Shown here piece after piece: positions 11,761 to 23,900 of a stretch of DNA of 32,239 bases. The notes beneath the pieces were generated by a model. That model had not been told where the DNA came from and did no database searches. It was given only the letters and a program-made list of their open reading frames with translations. Every line of letters starts with the position of its first letter. Position 1 is the stretch's first letter. The position numbers were made by a program, and so were the translations under genes. Source of the DNA: Azolla caroliniana (Eukaryota > Plantae > Polypodiophyta); NCBI GenBank assembly GCA_043228905.1, contig JBHGNT010000353.1, positions 1 to 32,239 on the forward strand, written 5' to 3'.

Positions 11761-12813
11761 AACAAGAGACGTGCGAGTGGCCATCAAGGGCCGAAGCAAG
11801 CACGAGTACGAGATGGCGTTCGGCATAGGCAGTGCCGAACAAGGAAGGCAGAAGATGCCGCGACGACCATAGAAGGAACAAGGAGCGCGTCGTATTGGGG
11901 TCACCTAAGGACCGAAGAACAAACGTGCATTCGGGGAACGATAACGGCACACGGGAAGAACCTACGGAAGGCGAGCACGGAGCGGAGAGAGTCGGCACGT
12001 AGAGGTGTTCGGGACGGGGAGATGATCGAACCAACGGAGGGACATGCGCGGCACGCAAGGCACGGAATCCGGCGTACCACCGAAGCTACCAAGGGTGTTC
12101 GGGAGAACCAATTGAGGGAGGAAGGCGCGAACATCGGATGCGATGGATCGGATGGAGCCAATGGATCAAGGCCGGTAACGAGCCGGCGAGACGGACGGGT
12201 ACCGGTAAGGCGGAGGACCCGGTTAATCATGGTCGCCGAAATCTCTCACCTTTTTTTCCCCTCTTGGCACATACCAATGGATGTGCAATTTGGTGGGGGT
12301 GGATGTCGTGAAGATTTCCGGCTATAGTGTGAAACCCGGGTGGAATAGGGCAAGTCGTGGTGTGCAACATGTGCACATGTATAGTAGGAAACGGTGTATA
12401 GAATAAAGGGGGAGTATTTGTCCCACATTGTAACGCCCTCCCCTCCTTGGTCTATAAAAGGAGGGAGGGGTCCCTTGTTGAGGGGTTGCCCATTTTGAGT
12501 CACAAGGGTATACCATTTTTTGTTAAGGGTATTTTTGTTAAGGATTCTTCTAGGGTTAGTAACTTTCTAGTAGTCTTCTTCTTCTTCTCCTTCTTGAGAG
12601 GTTGGGCGCCGCAACCATGGTGGCAAAGCTCTGTTTGGGTTAAGTTCTTCTTCTTCTTCTGAGTGTAGCCCGGCCCAAAGACGGGGTTGTATCTTTCCCC
12701 TTCGTAATATATTTATTCATATATGTTTGCACATATTGGTGTCTCTGATGGTGTCGGGGGCATAGCACCCTCCTCCTTTGTTTCCTGTACATAAGAGTCG
12801 ATGTTGCGTGCGT

Positions 12814-12851
<38 letters not shown>

Positions 12852-12965
12852 GTTCGGTTGCCTCGGGTATGTGTCCGGAGTCGGTTTCCTAGCATCCCTC
12901 TCTTCCTCGTCCGAGACCCCCGTGGTCCCACCCCTTTTGACACGCACACAGGGATTTCCGCGACA
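11761..12965 (+). mobile_element. 3' remnant of a second Gypsy 'Gypsy-2': internal tail, PPT and 3' LTR (12304-12965, 662 bp)
   Basis: TTGGCACATACCAATGGATGTGCAATTTGGTGGGGGTGGA-TGTCGTGAAGA aligns with the Gypsy-1 pre-LTR region. The LTR ends CGACA; TATAAAA at 12453; (CT)17 at 12815. Confidence 0.85.
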
Positions 12966-13121
12966 ACGGTTTATGATATCAGCCCAGGTGTGAATAACAT
13001 GACCTTGGTTATCAACCACAGATTGGTTGAAGTTAAAATCATTCAAGTTGAATGCCATGGTGCTAATACCCAAAGCGGTAAACATGCCTACCATAGGCCC
13101 AACAACTAGCAAGAAGAAGTG
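12966..13121 (-). pseudogene. psbA: Nuclear plastid-derived fragment (NUPT) of photosystem II D1, about residues 272-323
   Basis: HFFL...[39 protein letters not shown] versus D1 [52 protein letters not shown]. Confidence 0.95.
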
Positions 13122-15114
13122 GTATATCATATTGTTCCAGATGTGGTTCTTATTTGAGCTCCAAGAAAGCTTGTATGAATTATGATCATTTCAACCAGCA
13201 AGATGGGTTGCTTTTCCAAAATTTTCTTTGGCAAAAGCAGACTGAGATCAAACCACATGCAACACAATGTTCCTTGTATTAAGTGAAAGCACATGGAGAA
13301 ATGTGGGGTGGATAGTCTCCTCATCAATTCATCGTCATGGGAAGACCAAATCTCAAATGCCATATAAAAGGAGAGCCAAAGACAAATTAACTATAGTTTA
13401 GCATAACATAGAGGTACAAGAGCATGATCCATGTGTTGCCCATCGTAAGCATAATGTGTCATATAGTGTCTTTTATATCTCCTATTCTTTGGCCACTAGG
13501 CAAGTGAGAGAGTGGTTAATGTTTTTGCATATGGGATCCCTTAAGGGGAGTTCCATCTATGTTTGCGAGTGAGGAAGAATTGTGATGTGTGACCTAAAGG
13601 GAGACAAGCCTATGAGAACCATGTTGGGCAAGATGAGAGTGCCATAGAATGGAATTTGGCCTAGGCTTCATCTATTTAGTTGTCATGCAAGTGACCACAA
13701 GACATAGGCATTGAATACACCACCATAATGGCGCATGGAAGCATGAACCAATGTGGGGATGACGTGTGTTACATTATACTAGATCAAATTACTAATTTGT
13801 TTATATTCATTCTTGTAAACACTTGTTATAGGTAAGAATTTGCACAACTTTTTGGTTGTAGCGTGCCAACAAAAAATGTACATGTGTTAGGCCTTGGTAA
13901 TTACTAGTATCTTTCCTAAAAATGAGCTTCATTTATAAAATTGGAACAATAGCATAAACCTCAAAAACATTGTATACGAGTTGAAATCAAGTTGCACAAG
14001 ACTTGAATAACATGATCAAACTACGTGACTAACATATTCACACGTATGTATTAAACTTTCTAAGTAAAGGACAATAGATTTGATGTAGAAAGGGCAATGC
14101 ATTAATATTTTGGTTAACTGTGTTTTTTTATTCCATACATTATTGTCAGACAAATTCCTTATGGTATTGTGACATATACCACAGTTTAGATTCTTTACAA
14201 AATACTCTTGTTGTTGTCCCTTTATGGAATGTTATTGATATTGACCCTTTATGGAATCCTGTAAAAGCAAGAGGATAAGTTACAAATAGATCCTTTAAGA
14301 AAGCATAAAGATAAAGTGATGCATTTATGACCATTTTTCTCATAAACATGATTCATTTTATCAATTGTTACACATTGAACCCATTGATCAAGTTAGAATA
14401 AGGAAACCGAAAAGCTAAATTAGTCTAATGCATCACTTGAGTTTGAGGTCCTCTACAGGATTGTGAAACCCAATAAATAACATTTATTAAAACAAAAATT
14501 GCTAATGTTTCTAATGTATCACCATGCCAATATGCACAAGTGCATGTAAACATGAAATAATTTGTGAATATGCATTCATTTCAAGATATTGACTTCAAAC
14601 CCTACATTTTGTCATCTTAAAGTTAAAACGAAGGCTAACTAACTTGAGCAATTTGAAAATTTTATTTGATGGATCTTTTTGCATCAACTAATGATACCTA
14701 TATGTTGATGTGCTTTGCTAAATTTCGTGAAATGTAGCTATATGTACAAGAATTGTAATAGGAATGGTGGCCTATTTTTACTAGAATGGCCAACTCTAGT
14801 GATGTTTCCAAAATTTGAGGTGTAGGTAGGAGAAATGATGAATGTGCTGCAATAAAATCAAATGATAAACTACCAACCAATGTGAGAGGCATTTTGAATC
14901 TGTCAAATTAGCATACTTATAAGCATGGAATAAGCTAGCATATCATGGCACCTTATGTTGTTTGTAATTGTAGCCAAGAACTCTACCATTAATAGTCATG
15001 TGCCTCCCACCAATTCTATGAATAGGGAGTGTTACCATGTGTTACATGTGAGTTCTTTCTTACATATAAACAACTATAATGAATTGATAAATATATATAA
15101 TACATGAAAAGAAC

Positions 15115-15465
15115 TCACTGATTGCAACTCATGGTGCTACTCAAGGTGTAGCCAAGTTCAACGCCACACTTGGAGGGGAGGTTAGCAAGGTGGTTGGTGT
15201 CAACATTGTACTTGGCAAGATAATTCTTAAAGCAATCACAATATGAAACACGGTCATCATGAGACAAGGATTGTAATTGTTGTTCCATACTTTTGGTAGC
15301 AGAGCAACAAGAAGAAGATGGTCTCAAACCAAATCCCATGACGTAAAATGCACATGAAACCAAAGATCGCCCTGCCGAGCTACAATCCACTGCCTCACTC
15401 TTCTCCACCACAATCGTCAAAAGAATCACCGCTAAATATAGCACCCCCATCAAATTTCTCCCCAT
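15115..15465 (-). CDS. Non-specific lipid transfer protein (type-1-like nsLTP), secreted; probable intron starting at 15118 and a short second exon
   Basis: Hydrophobic signal peptide ending ...KSEA; 8-Cys motif C-X9-C-X14-CC-X21-CDC-X21-C-X13-C; LPSKCGV motif; donor GTGAGT 5 nt after the last Cys codon. Confidence 0.93.
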   Translation of the reverse strand: MGRNLMGVLYLAVILLTIVVEKSEAVDCSSAGRSLVSCAFYVMGFGLRPSSSCCSATKSMEQQLQSLSHDDRVSYCDCFKNYLAKYNVDTNHLANLPSKCGVELGYTLSSTMSCNQ

Positions 15466-15534
15466 GTTAGCCTTAGTTGTTATTCTAATTCTCCCAAACT
15501 CCTCATATTGCTTCTTGTCCCTTCATGTGACTCC

Positions 15535-15541
15535 TTTTATA
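15535..15541 (-). promoter_or_regulatory. TATA box of the nsLTP gene
   Basis: CTATAAAAGG on the minus strand, about 70 bp upstream of the ATG. Confidence 0.7.
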
Positions 15542-17393
15542 GTTGCAAAAATTGATAGATGCATTTGTGTGGAATCGTTTTTTAACTACTATTCACATTT
15601 TTTGTTATTCTATGTTTTCACACGGAACACATTAAACCACTTTACCCCGTGGATTAATTTTGTAGATGCTAAATTCCAATGCTTTAACTTTTGGACTACT
15701 TTACCCTTCTTTGGTTAATTCATATTTGTGGCTTTGTCCACGACCTTTGATAAACATCCATTTTTAATTACTTGACCCATCACCTTAAATTTCATGCGAG
15801 CCTAAGATTTCGGATTACTTTGATATATTTAACTCTACCCCCGCCTCCCCACAAATCTCATCAATTTATAATTGTCAACATTTCACAAAAGACTACCATT
15901 TTTGGAGCAATTTCTTACCTTCTTTGATTCATTGAACACATTGTTTCTTGTCTCACAAATGCGTTTTAGTGCGTTTTTATTAAAATCTTAAAATGACATG
16001 ATATTCTTTTTAGTGTTTTGTATTTAAATATTTTTATATCGTTATGTTTATATCAAAACAAATAATTTAGTAGCTTTATGCCGAAAGCTAAAGTAAATCA
16101 AAAGAAAAGATTCCCACGCTTTCCATAATAGAAACCGTTAAACTCACCAACATTACTTTCTTTACTCAAGTGTTCCTGAATCATGAATATTAAGGATTTT
16201 AGAGCATTAATAGATCAAAATTTTGTCCTTTAGTTAGACAACCAAGAAAATTTTATAATGTAAATATATTTTATTGTATTTGTCATTAGAACCTAGCAAT
16301 TGGTATTTTATTTTAGTGCACGGGATTCATGATCATCAATAATGGGGTCTTACTCAATAAATTTCCCAACTTTTTTCACTATTTACAATGCATTTTGACA
16401 CTTAAAACCAATGTCTAATCCATTCCCAACTTTTCCATGACTTAAGAGTGCCTTTGGCCCTTTTACGAGCAAGGCTTGAAGGCCTAGGCCATCGTACATG
16501 TAAATCTTAGAGGGCATACCTATGCGATATTCTACAATAACTTCTCCATTTCTCCTTTGTGGATTTCTCACGATCTCGTATGGTACTTTGCCACTTTTGC
16601 ACTTGTTATGACTTCCAGTGGTACATCTAGACATGTAGGGATCTACTTCGACTTCCCACTTACAACCCCTCAAGTAGCATGTCATCCACGATGGTTGTAG
16701 AAAGATTGTGCATAAATAATACAAATTTTATTCATGTAATGCCACACAAAGCTCGGTAGACGAAACAAAAAGAAACATTTTCCCCATGAATTCAACCCCA
16801 CAATACAATTATTATGAACATGTATTTAATATGTTGATTTAATAACTAGGATTCAAGAGAAATATGCATTTTCATATAACCCTTTATATGAAGCCAAAGG
16901 AATCAACCTAATAACGTTGCTATAACACATATGTGCAAAAGTACCACAGATTAAGTCCTTGGTACTACAAAATGATCCCACATAAAAAGACTAACTAACA
17001 AAGAAAAGATTTACAGGAAGCAATCAAATGTTTTAATCATTATAGAAGCGATGAACCTACACGAAAGGAAATCGACCCAAGTACTCCACAAATGCAAACA
17101 CGAAATGAATATGAAGATATGAAGAAAGAACATAAAAGAGGTAGAGGAGCAGAGTGGCGCGAGTAGTAGAGCGGTGTGCCAGTCCCCGACGGAGGTTTGC
17201 GGTGTGAGCATCTCACCAGGAGGTTCGGCACAGCGGAGCAGGAGGCAGCGGAAACGGAGCCAGAGTAGGAGCCGTTTTGAACCGCGACAGTGCAGGGAGG
17301 AGGTCTGCAAATGTGCGAGTCCAGAAGCCTCCCACTGCTCATTTTGACACAAAAGCCTCTCCTCCCCGCCGTTGCTGCATTGCCCTCCTCGAG

Positions 17394-17570
17394 TTCGAGG
17401 AGTCGATCATTTAGGGTTTCCCCTCCCCCGGTTCGAGGAGTGGGACAAACATACCCCCCACCCACACTTCGAGGAGTGGGACACACACTCCCCCCTATTT
17501 CGAAAAGTGGGTTCCTCCCACCCCTAGTTCGACAAGTGAGAACCCACCAACCACAGTTCGAGTAGTTGGG
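17394..17570 (+). repeat. Degenerate 29-38 bp tandem units with core TTCGA-n-AGTGGG
   Basis: Cores at 17394, 17432, 17468, 17499, 17528 and 17557. C23 and A12 runs follow at 17586-17620. Confidence 0.65.
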
Positions 17571-17587
17571 CCCCCACTCTTGTAACC

Positions 17588-17618
<31 letters not shown>

Positions 17619-17656
17619 AAGGAAAAAAAAAGAGACACAGTTCGACTCTGTCACTC

Positions 17657-19186
17657 ATGGCACCTTCAAACATCACCACTATCGAACACATAACACAAAC
17701 AGGCCCCTCGATCGATAACGGAAAAATGCAAGATAAAAACATCTCTGATAGCGGGGGTGTTGTTGAGATTATTTTTTCAATAACGAAGAGATGCTTCTAC
17801 TTGAGAAAGAGATAGAGCACCTTGAGCGAATAACGGTCATATGCCGCATGATGGGATCACGACCAAACAGAGGGTTGTTGCAAGATATGTTGCAAGCTAA
17901 ATTTCATTCACAACTACGTGGTATAAAAGAAGTCCAATCGCTTGGTAAAGGATTCTATCAAATCATACTAGAAGACAAGGATTCTACAATGAACCTCATA
18001 GCACTATCTCCCTGCCAGTTCCGAAATACATGGTTGTTCATGCGTAAATGGACACATGGTTTTAACCTAGAGAAAGTCACACAACAAGATGATTCCATGA
18101 AAAAGGTAACAATGTTATTTCCTGGACTATCCTTAGAATACAACATGTTACTTCCTACTATCAGCAACTCCTTTGGTATGATGCTAGATGAGGAACTAAC
18201 ACTGGCAGATAGGCTAAAGAAGCACCTAGGCCCTCCCTCTATCCGCCTCTTGGTGCAGGACATCAATAAACTTCCCTCCAAGATCCTCATTCTTGGGGAA
18301 AACGGAATGCAAATTGAACAACGCATAGAAGTGATTGGCGCACTGGGGCAATGTTTTGCATGCCCCACAAGATGTATTAAAGATCCTATAAAGGAGACTC
18401 TGGAAGGTCAGGATACCATAAGACATCAGAAGCCTCCCCCACCATGACCCGACAAGGCTGTGATGGAATGGCGAGTGGTGGAAAAAACCCATGTCCTTCG
18501 AAAAACATCATCGGCACAAAATCCTCCATCGCTTATGGGCCCCAATCGATTTGATATACTACAAGAGCCCCCCCCCACAAACAAGCATTCCCCTAGTTCT
18601 TTCTTAAGCCCCAAGGAACGGCCTAAGGTGACACCAAGCACACAAGAGAAAGTTCTCGTTAAAGCTTACAAAACAGGGAAGCGAAGACGAATAAGTCATG
18701 TAAAGACCTTAATAAGGAGCTTGAGTGGAACGGCACCCAATGCAGAAGCAACAAACCAAGGCAGAAGTTTGAATGTCACACCTTAGATCATAGTCTTCCC
18801 GGACACAAATGAGTGTGCTTCCTCTAGCCAAGACCTTGAACCACACCCGCAAAACGCCTTGAAATGGTTAGGTATAGGGCTCAAGACAGTGGAAAAAATA
18901 AGGGTACATGTATCAACGGTACACAATAACGGAGTTCCGACGACCTCAATCTCCTTTCTAGTCTTGCTTCCGACAAAGGAAGATTTGTCGAAATCCAAGA
19001 TTAAAGATACATTATGTAGCCAAGTAGTGTGCTTTGTAGCACAAATAAGAGATGAAGAGCTCATAAACGAACTAAAGCAGCATTGGCATAACACTAAATT
19101 CTAGTGCACCATGGATGAAGAGGAACCTCATCTTTGCCACATCCACCTGCGGACTATCATAGACACCCAACTAACTCCAAGCTTTT
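17657..19186 (+). pseudogene. LINE ORF1, N-terminal part (DUF4283-like region, truncated zinc knuckle); C-terminus at 26545-26732
   Basis: VQSLGKGFYQIIL...WLFMRKWTHGF...QCFAC and NRFDIL. Probable ATG at 17657 with a frameshift in the T-run near 17772; in-frame stops. Confidence 0.75.
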
Positions 19187-20161
19187 TGGAGAAAGGGAAG
19201 GAGCACCTGGTATGCCGGTTGAAGAAGAGCCTGTACGGACTGAAGCAGGCTCCCGACAATGGTACCGGAAGTTCGACTCCTTCATGACCGATCAAGGGTA
19301 CCACAAGACACAGGCCGATCACTACGTGTTTGTGAAGAAGTTCGGAGGAGGCGACTTCCTGATACGCCTTCTGTACATGGACGACATGTTGATCGTCGGA
19401 CGGGACCAAGTCAAAATACAGATGCTGAAGAAGGCTCTCAAGCGGACCTTCTCAATGAAAGACTTGGGTCCGGCAAGACAGATGTTGGGGATGCACATCA
19501 TTCGGGACCGGTCAGCGAAGAAATTATGGCTGTCACAGGAGATGTACGTGACAAAGGTGCTTCACCGGTTCAACATGTCAGATGCGAAACCGGTCGGATC
19601 GACACTTCCGACAAACTGCAAGCTATCCGGTAAGCAAAGCCCAAAGACGAAAGCAGAGAAGGCGGATATGATGAAGATTCCATATGCCTCTACCATCGGG
19701 AGCTTAATGTACGCAATGGTGTGTACCCGACCGGATATAGGATACGCAGTCGGAGTGGTGAGCCGATTTATGAGCAATCCCGGCAAGGAACATTGGAATG
19801 CAGTCAAATGGATACTTTGGTACTTGAAGGGCACTTCAAATATGTGTCTATGATTCGGCTCCGGAAAACCTCAACTTGACGGTTTTACCGATTCAGACAT
19901 GTCGACTTATGTGGATACCAGCCGGTCTACATCCGGGTATGTAATGACATATGCAGGGGGAGCTGTTTCGTGGCAGTCGAGGCTGCAGAAGACGGTTGCG
20001 TTGTCAACCACGGAGGCGGAGTACATGGCGGCTGTGGAAGCCGACAAGGAAATATTATGGATGAAGGACTTCATCGGAGAGCTCGATATCAGGCAAGATG
20101 AATACCGGCTCTACTGCGACAGTCAAAGTGCCATCCACCTTGCTAAGAATGCGGCCTACCA

Positions 20162-20879
20162 TGTTGGGAGATAGGTCCCTCGGGATGGGAAGGGAGAAGA
20201 AACCGTATGAGGAGGACCCGGCTACGGAGAGCCGGATGGTGCAGACCCGGTATGAACCGGATGAGGAGTACCCGGCTACGGAGAGCCGGATGGTGCAGAC
20301 CCGGTATGAACCGGATGAGGAGTACCCGGCTACGGAGAGCCGGATGGTGCAGACCCGATATGAACCGGATGAGGAGTACCCGGCTATGGAGAGCCGGATG
20401 GTACAGACCCGGTGAGAACCGGATGAAGAGACATATTCGTAAATATGTTTCTGAGAGTCCATCGAGGCTATATTTGTAAATAGCCGAAAAGTCATATTAG
20501 TATAAATATGACTTAGGGCAAACTTTTAGTAACTGTTGTTGTTATTATTTCTTGTCTGCGTGAGATCAGAGCGCGTAACAGTGTACAGAGAGAGAGAGAG
20601 AGAAAGAGGTTGTTGCCTTTGTTGTAACCGCCGCCTGTGGCGAAGATCGTGAGCACGAGGTCGTTGCCTCCGTGAACTCACTGTTTGTACATTCCAACAT
20701 AGTGATAGTTTGCAGCCTGTGAGCTGCCGTGGTTTTTCCCTTAGGTTGGGTTTTCCACGTAAACATACTGTCTACCTTTTCTCTCCTTTGTGTCGTGCAT
20801 TTGTTTCCCGTTTTCTGTGTATGATTCTAAGCTCGGTTGTGGCCGAGCGGTGCGCATAAGGAACGTACAGTTCTCGTCA
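20162..20879 (+). repeat. 5' LTR (718 bp) with 4 x 54-bp units
   Basis: TG...CA termini; near-identical to 24953-25672. Confidence 0.96.
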
Positions 20880-20909
20880 ATTGGTATCAGAGCGAAACAA
20901 CATAGAAAA

Positions 20910-23900
20910 ATGGACGAATCGTTTGGCGGCATGTTCAAGCTCATCGTCTCCAACTATTCGGTATGGAAGTCGAAGATGAGGGACATGCTCGTGGTTAAAG
21001 ACCTCTGGCTGCCGGTTCAGTTCGGGGACAAGAGACCGGACAAAATCGACGCTGCGATATGGGAGGTGATGCACATGAAGACAACGACGTACATACGGTG
21101 CTTCATCGACATGAGCCTGTACAACAACTTCAATGAAGAGAGGAAGGCTCGTGAGCTCTGGGAGAAGATCGGCGTAATGTTTCAGAACAAAAATGTTGTT
21201 AATCAGGTGTCGGTATTCTGGAAGCTAGTAAGACTCCGGTACCAAGATGGCTCCAGCATGGCGGAGCACATGAATGCCTTCCAGGGGCTGATCTACCAGG
21301 CAACTTCATTGGAAGTACCTCTCGCCGATGAGGTACTTGCGCTACTCCTGCTCGGTTCCCTCCCAGACAGCTGGGAGACGTTGGTTGTCACTTTGGGCAA
21401 CGCCGGGCTGGAAGGAAAGCGGTTATCCCTAGCAAGAGTAAAGTCGAGCTTGCTAGATGAGGCGGCGCGTCAGAAAGATAAAGATACGAGCTCCGACTCC
21501 AAAGCGCTCCTTACCGAATCGGAACGCGGAAGACATAGAAACTGTAGTCCCCAGAACCGGGAGAAGTCGAGGACACGGTCAAAGTCAAGGGGGAGGCCCA
21601 CTTGCTTCTATTGCGGCAAGCCGAGACACTTCCAAAAGAACTGTCGACATTTCCGAAAAGATAAGGAGACCGACGGTACCGATTCGAAGCAGACCCCGGA
21701 CCGGAACGGTAAAGACCGGAGGGGGCCTAACCGGAAGGGAACGACAACAATCGCGGCAAGTGAAGAGGAGTTGATGCTCATCACCGAGGAATGTGAGATA
21801 AACCTTGCCGGCGACGAGATGACCTGGGTGGTAGACTCTGGAGCGTCGTTCCACCTTACCCCGGACCGGAAATGCTTCTCATCCTACTCAGCCGGTGATC
21901 ACGGCTGTGTCCGGATGGGGAATGAAGGGACATGCCGAATTGTCGGCATAGGAGACGTGTGGCTGTCGACACCAACCGGATGCAAGTTGTTGCTAAAGGA
22001 TGTTCGACACGTTCCGGAGGTTCGACTGAACCTGATATCAGCCGGTCGGCTAGATGATGAGGGCTACACGGGTAGCATCCGGAACGGTGTCATGAAGTTC
22101 AGCAAAGGGAGCCTGATTGTGGCTCAGGCCCGGAAGGTCAACACTCTGTACCTGATGAATGCCCGGTTATGTCCGAAAGAAGTGAACGTGGCATCCGACA
22201 CTGCCGGTGAGCTGTGGCACAAGAGATTGTGTCATATGAGCGAGAAGGGGATGAAGAGGCTTGTAGACAACAACCTCATTCCAGTGAAGAACGTGCACTT
22301 AGAGAAGTGCACTGATTGTCTGGCCGGTAAGCAGAACCGGACCTCCTTCCGACCAAGGCCACCGATGAGACGTAATGCACCACTAGAGTTGGTGCATACG
22401 GATGTGTGTCAAGTAGATACGGAGTCACATGCCGGAGCGCAGTACTTCGTGACGTTCATAGATGACCACAGCCGGAAGCTGTGGGCCACACCGCTGAAGA
22501 CGAAGGATTAGGTGCTATCCGTCTTCAAAGAGCTCCACGCGAGAGTGGAAAGAGAAACCGGCCGGAAGCTGAAGGCGGTTCGAGCAGATAACGGAGGAGA
22601 ATACCGGGGGCAGTTCGAGGAGTACTGCCGCTCGAAGGGAATCCGGCTCGAATTTACCGTGCCGAAGACGTCGGAACTAAACGGACTGGCCGAGAGGATG
22701 AACCAGACCATAATGGAGAGGGTCCGGAGTATGCTAGCGCATGCAAAACTACCCAAGAAGTTTTGGGCTGAGGCATTGTCGACGGCGACATATGTGATAA
22801 ATAGATCACCCTCAGTACCCTTGGACGCAGACATGCCACAGAGAGTGTGGACCGGTAAGGAAGTATCCTACTGGCATCTGAAGGTGTTCGGGTGTCTCGC
22901 GTACGTGCATGTAGCTAAGGACCGGAGAGGAAAGTTAGATCCAAAGACCCAGCCATGCATATTCCTCGGTTATGGTGACGATGACTTCGTCTACCGAGTG
23001 TGGGACCTGGTCGACAAGAAGGTATTTCGGAGTCGAGATATTATCTTCATGGAGAACAAGACGCTCGCCGACTGGGAGTCGGAGAAGAAGATAATGAACT
23101 CTGAGTTGACCGGTAAGGATCGACTCTACGATGAGCAGACCCAACCAGCAAGAGACCGGTTAGCACTCGAGGGACCAACCGGTTACGGTGAGGATACCGA
23201 ACAGGCTGAAGAAGAAGTAGAGGAAGCTGAAACTGGAACCGGCCAAGACCCCGAATCGGATTTGGATGAAGAGCAAGTGGAGGAGCCGGTTACCGAAGCC
23301 CGAAGACAGAGATATCCTCTCAGAGAGAGAAGCCCCCCCCGGAGATTTCCGGATGCAGAGCATGTTCTGCTGACCAATGGGGGGGGGGCCGGAAAACTTC
23401 GAAGAAGCCAAGGAAGACACCCACAGCCGCAAATGGTTAAGTGCCATGCAGGATGAGATGGATTCCCTGCATGAGAACCATACGTACGAATTGGTGGAGT
23501 TGCCGAAAGGAAAGCGGGCACTCCGAAACAAGTGGGTGTACAAGTTGAAACCGGGAGATGCCAGAAACCCTCCGAGATACAAAGCCAGGATCGTGGTGAA
23601 GGGGTTCCAGCAGAAGAAGGGCGTGGACTTCGACGAGATATTTGCCCTGGTAGTAAAGATGACCTCCATCCGGAAGGTGCTGAGTATAGCGGCAAGCATG
23701 GACCTCGAGGTAGAACAGTTGGATGTGAAGACGACATTCCTTCACGGCGACCTCGAAGAGGAGATCTACATGCAGCAACCAGAAGGATTCGTGGAGAAAG
23801 GGAAGGAGCACCTGGTATGCCGGTTGAAGAAGAGCCTCTACGGGTTGAAGCAGACCCCCCAGTTCGACTCTTTCATGACCGATCAAGGGTACCACAAGAC

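Noticed and set aside
12717-13130. psbA-LTR chimeric ORF of 137 aa as a functional gene
   Set aside because: Chance read-through into an LTR microsatellite; the D1 part is damaged.
16383-16724. 113-aa minus-strand ORF
   Set aside because: No recognisable motif and a non-ATG start; may be a decayed repeat, which needs a homology search.
17394-17570. CRISPR-like repeat and spacer pattern
   Set aside because: Cores are short and degenerate, the context is eukaryotic, and there are no cas genes.
23379-23388. G10 run as a programmed frameshift
   Set aside because: Copia pol is normally one frame here; homopolymer slippage or sequencing error is more likely.
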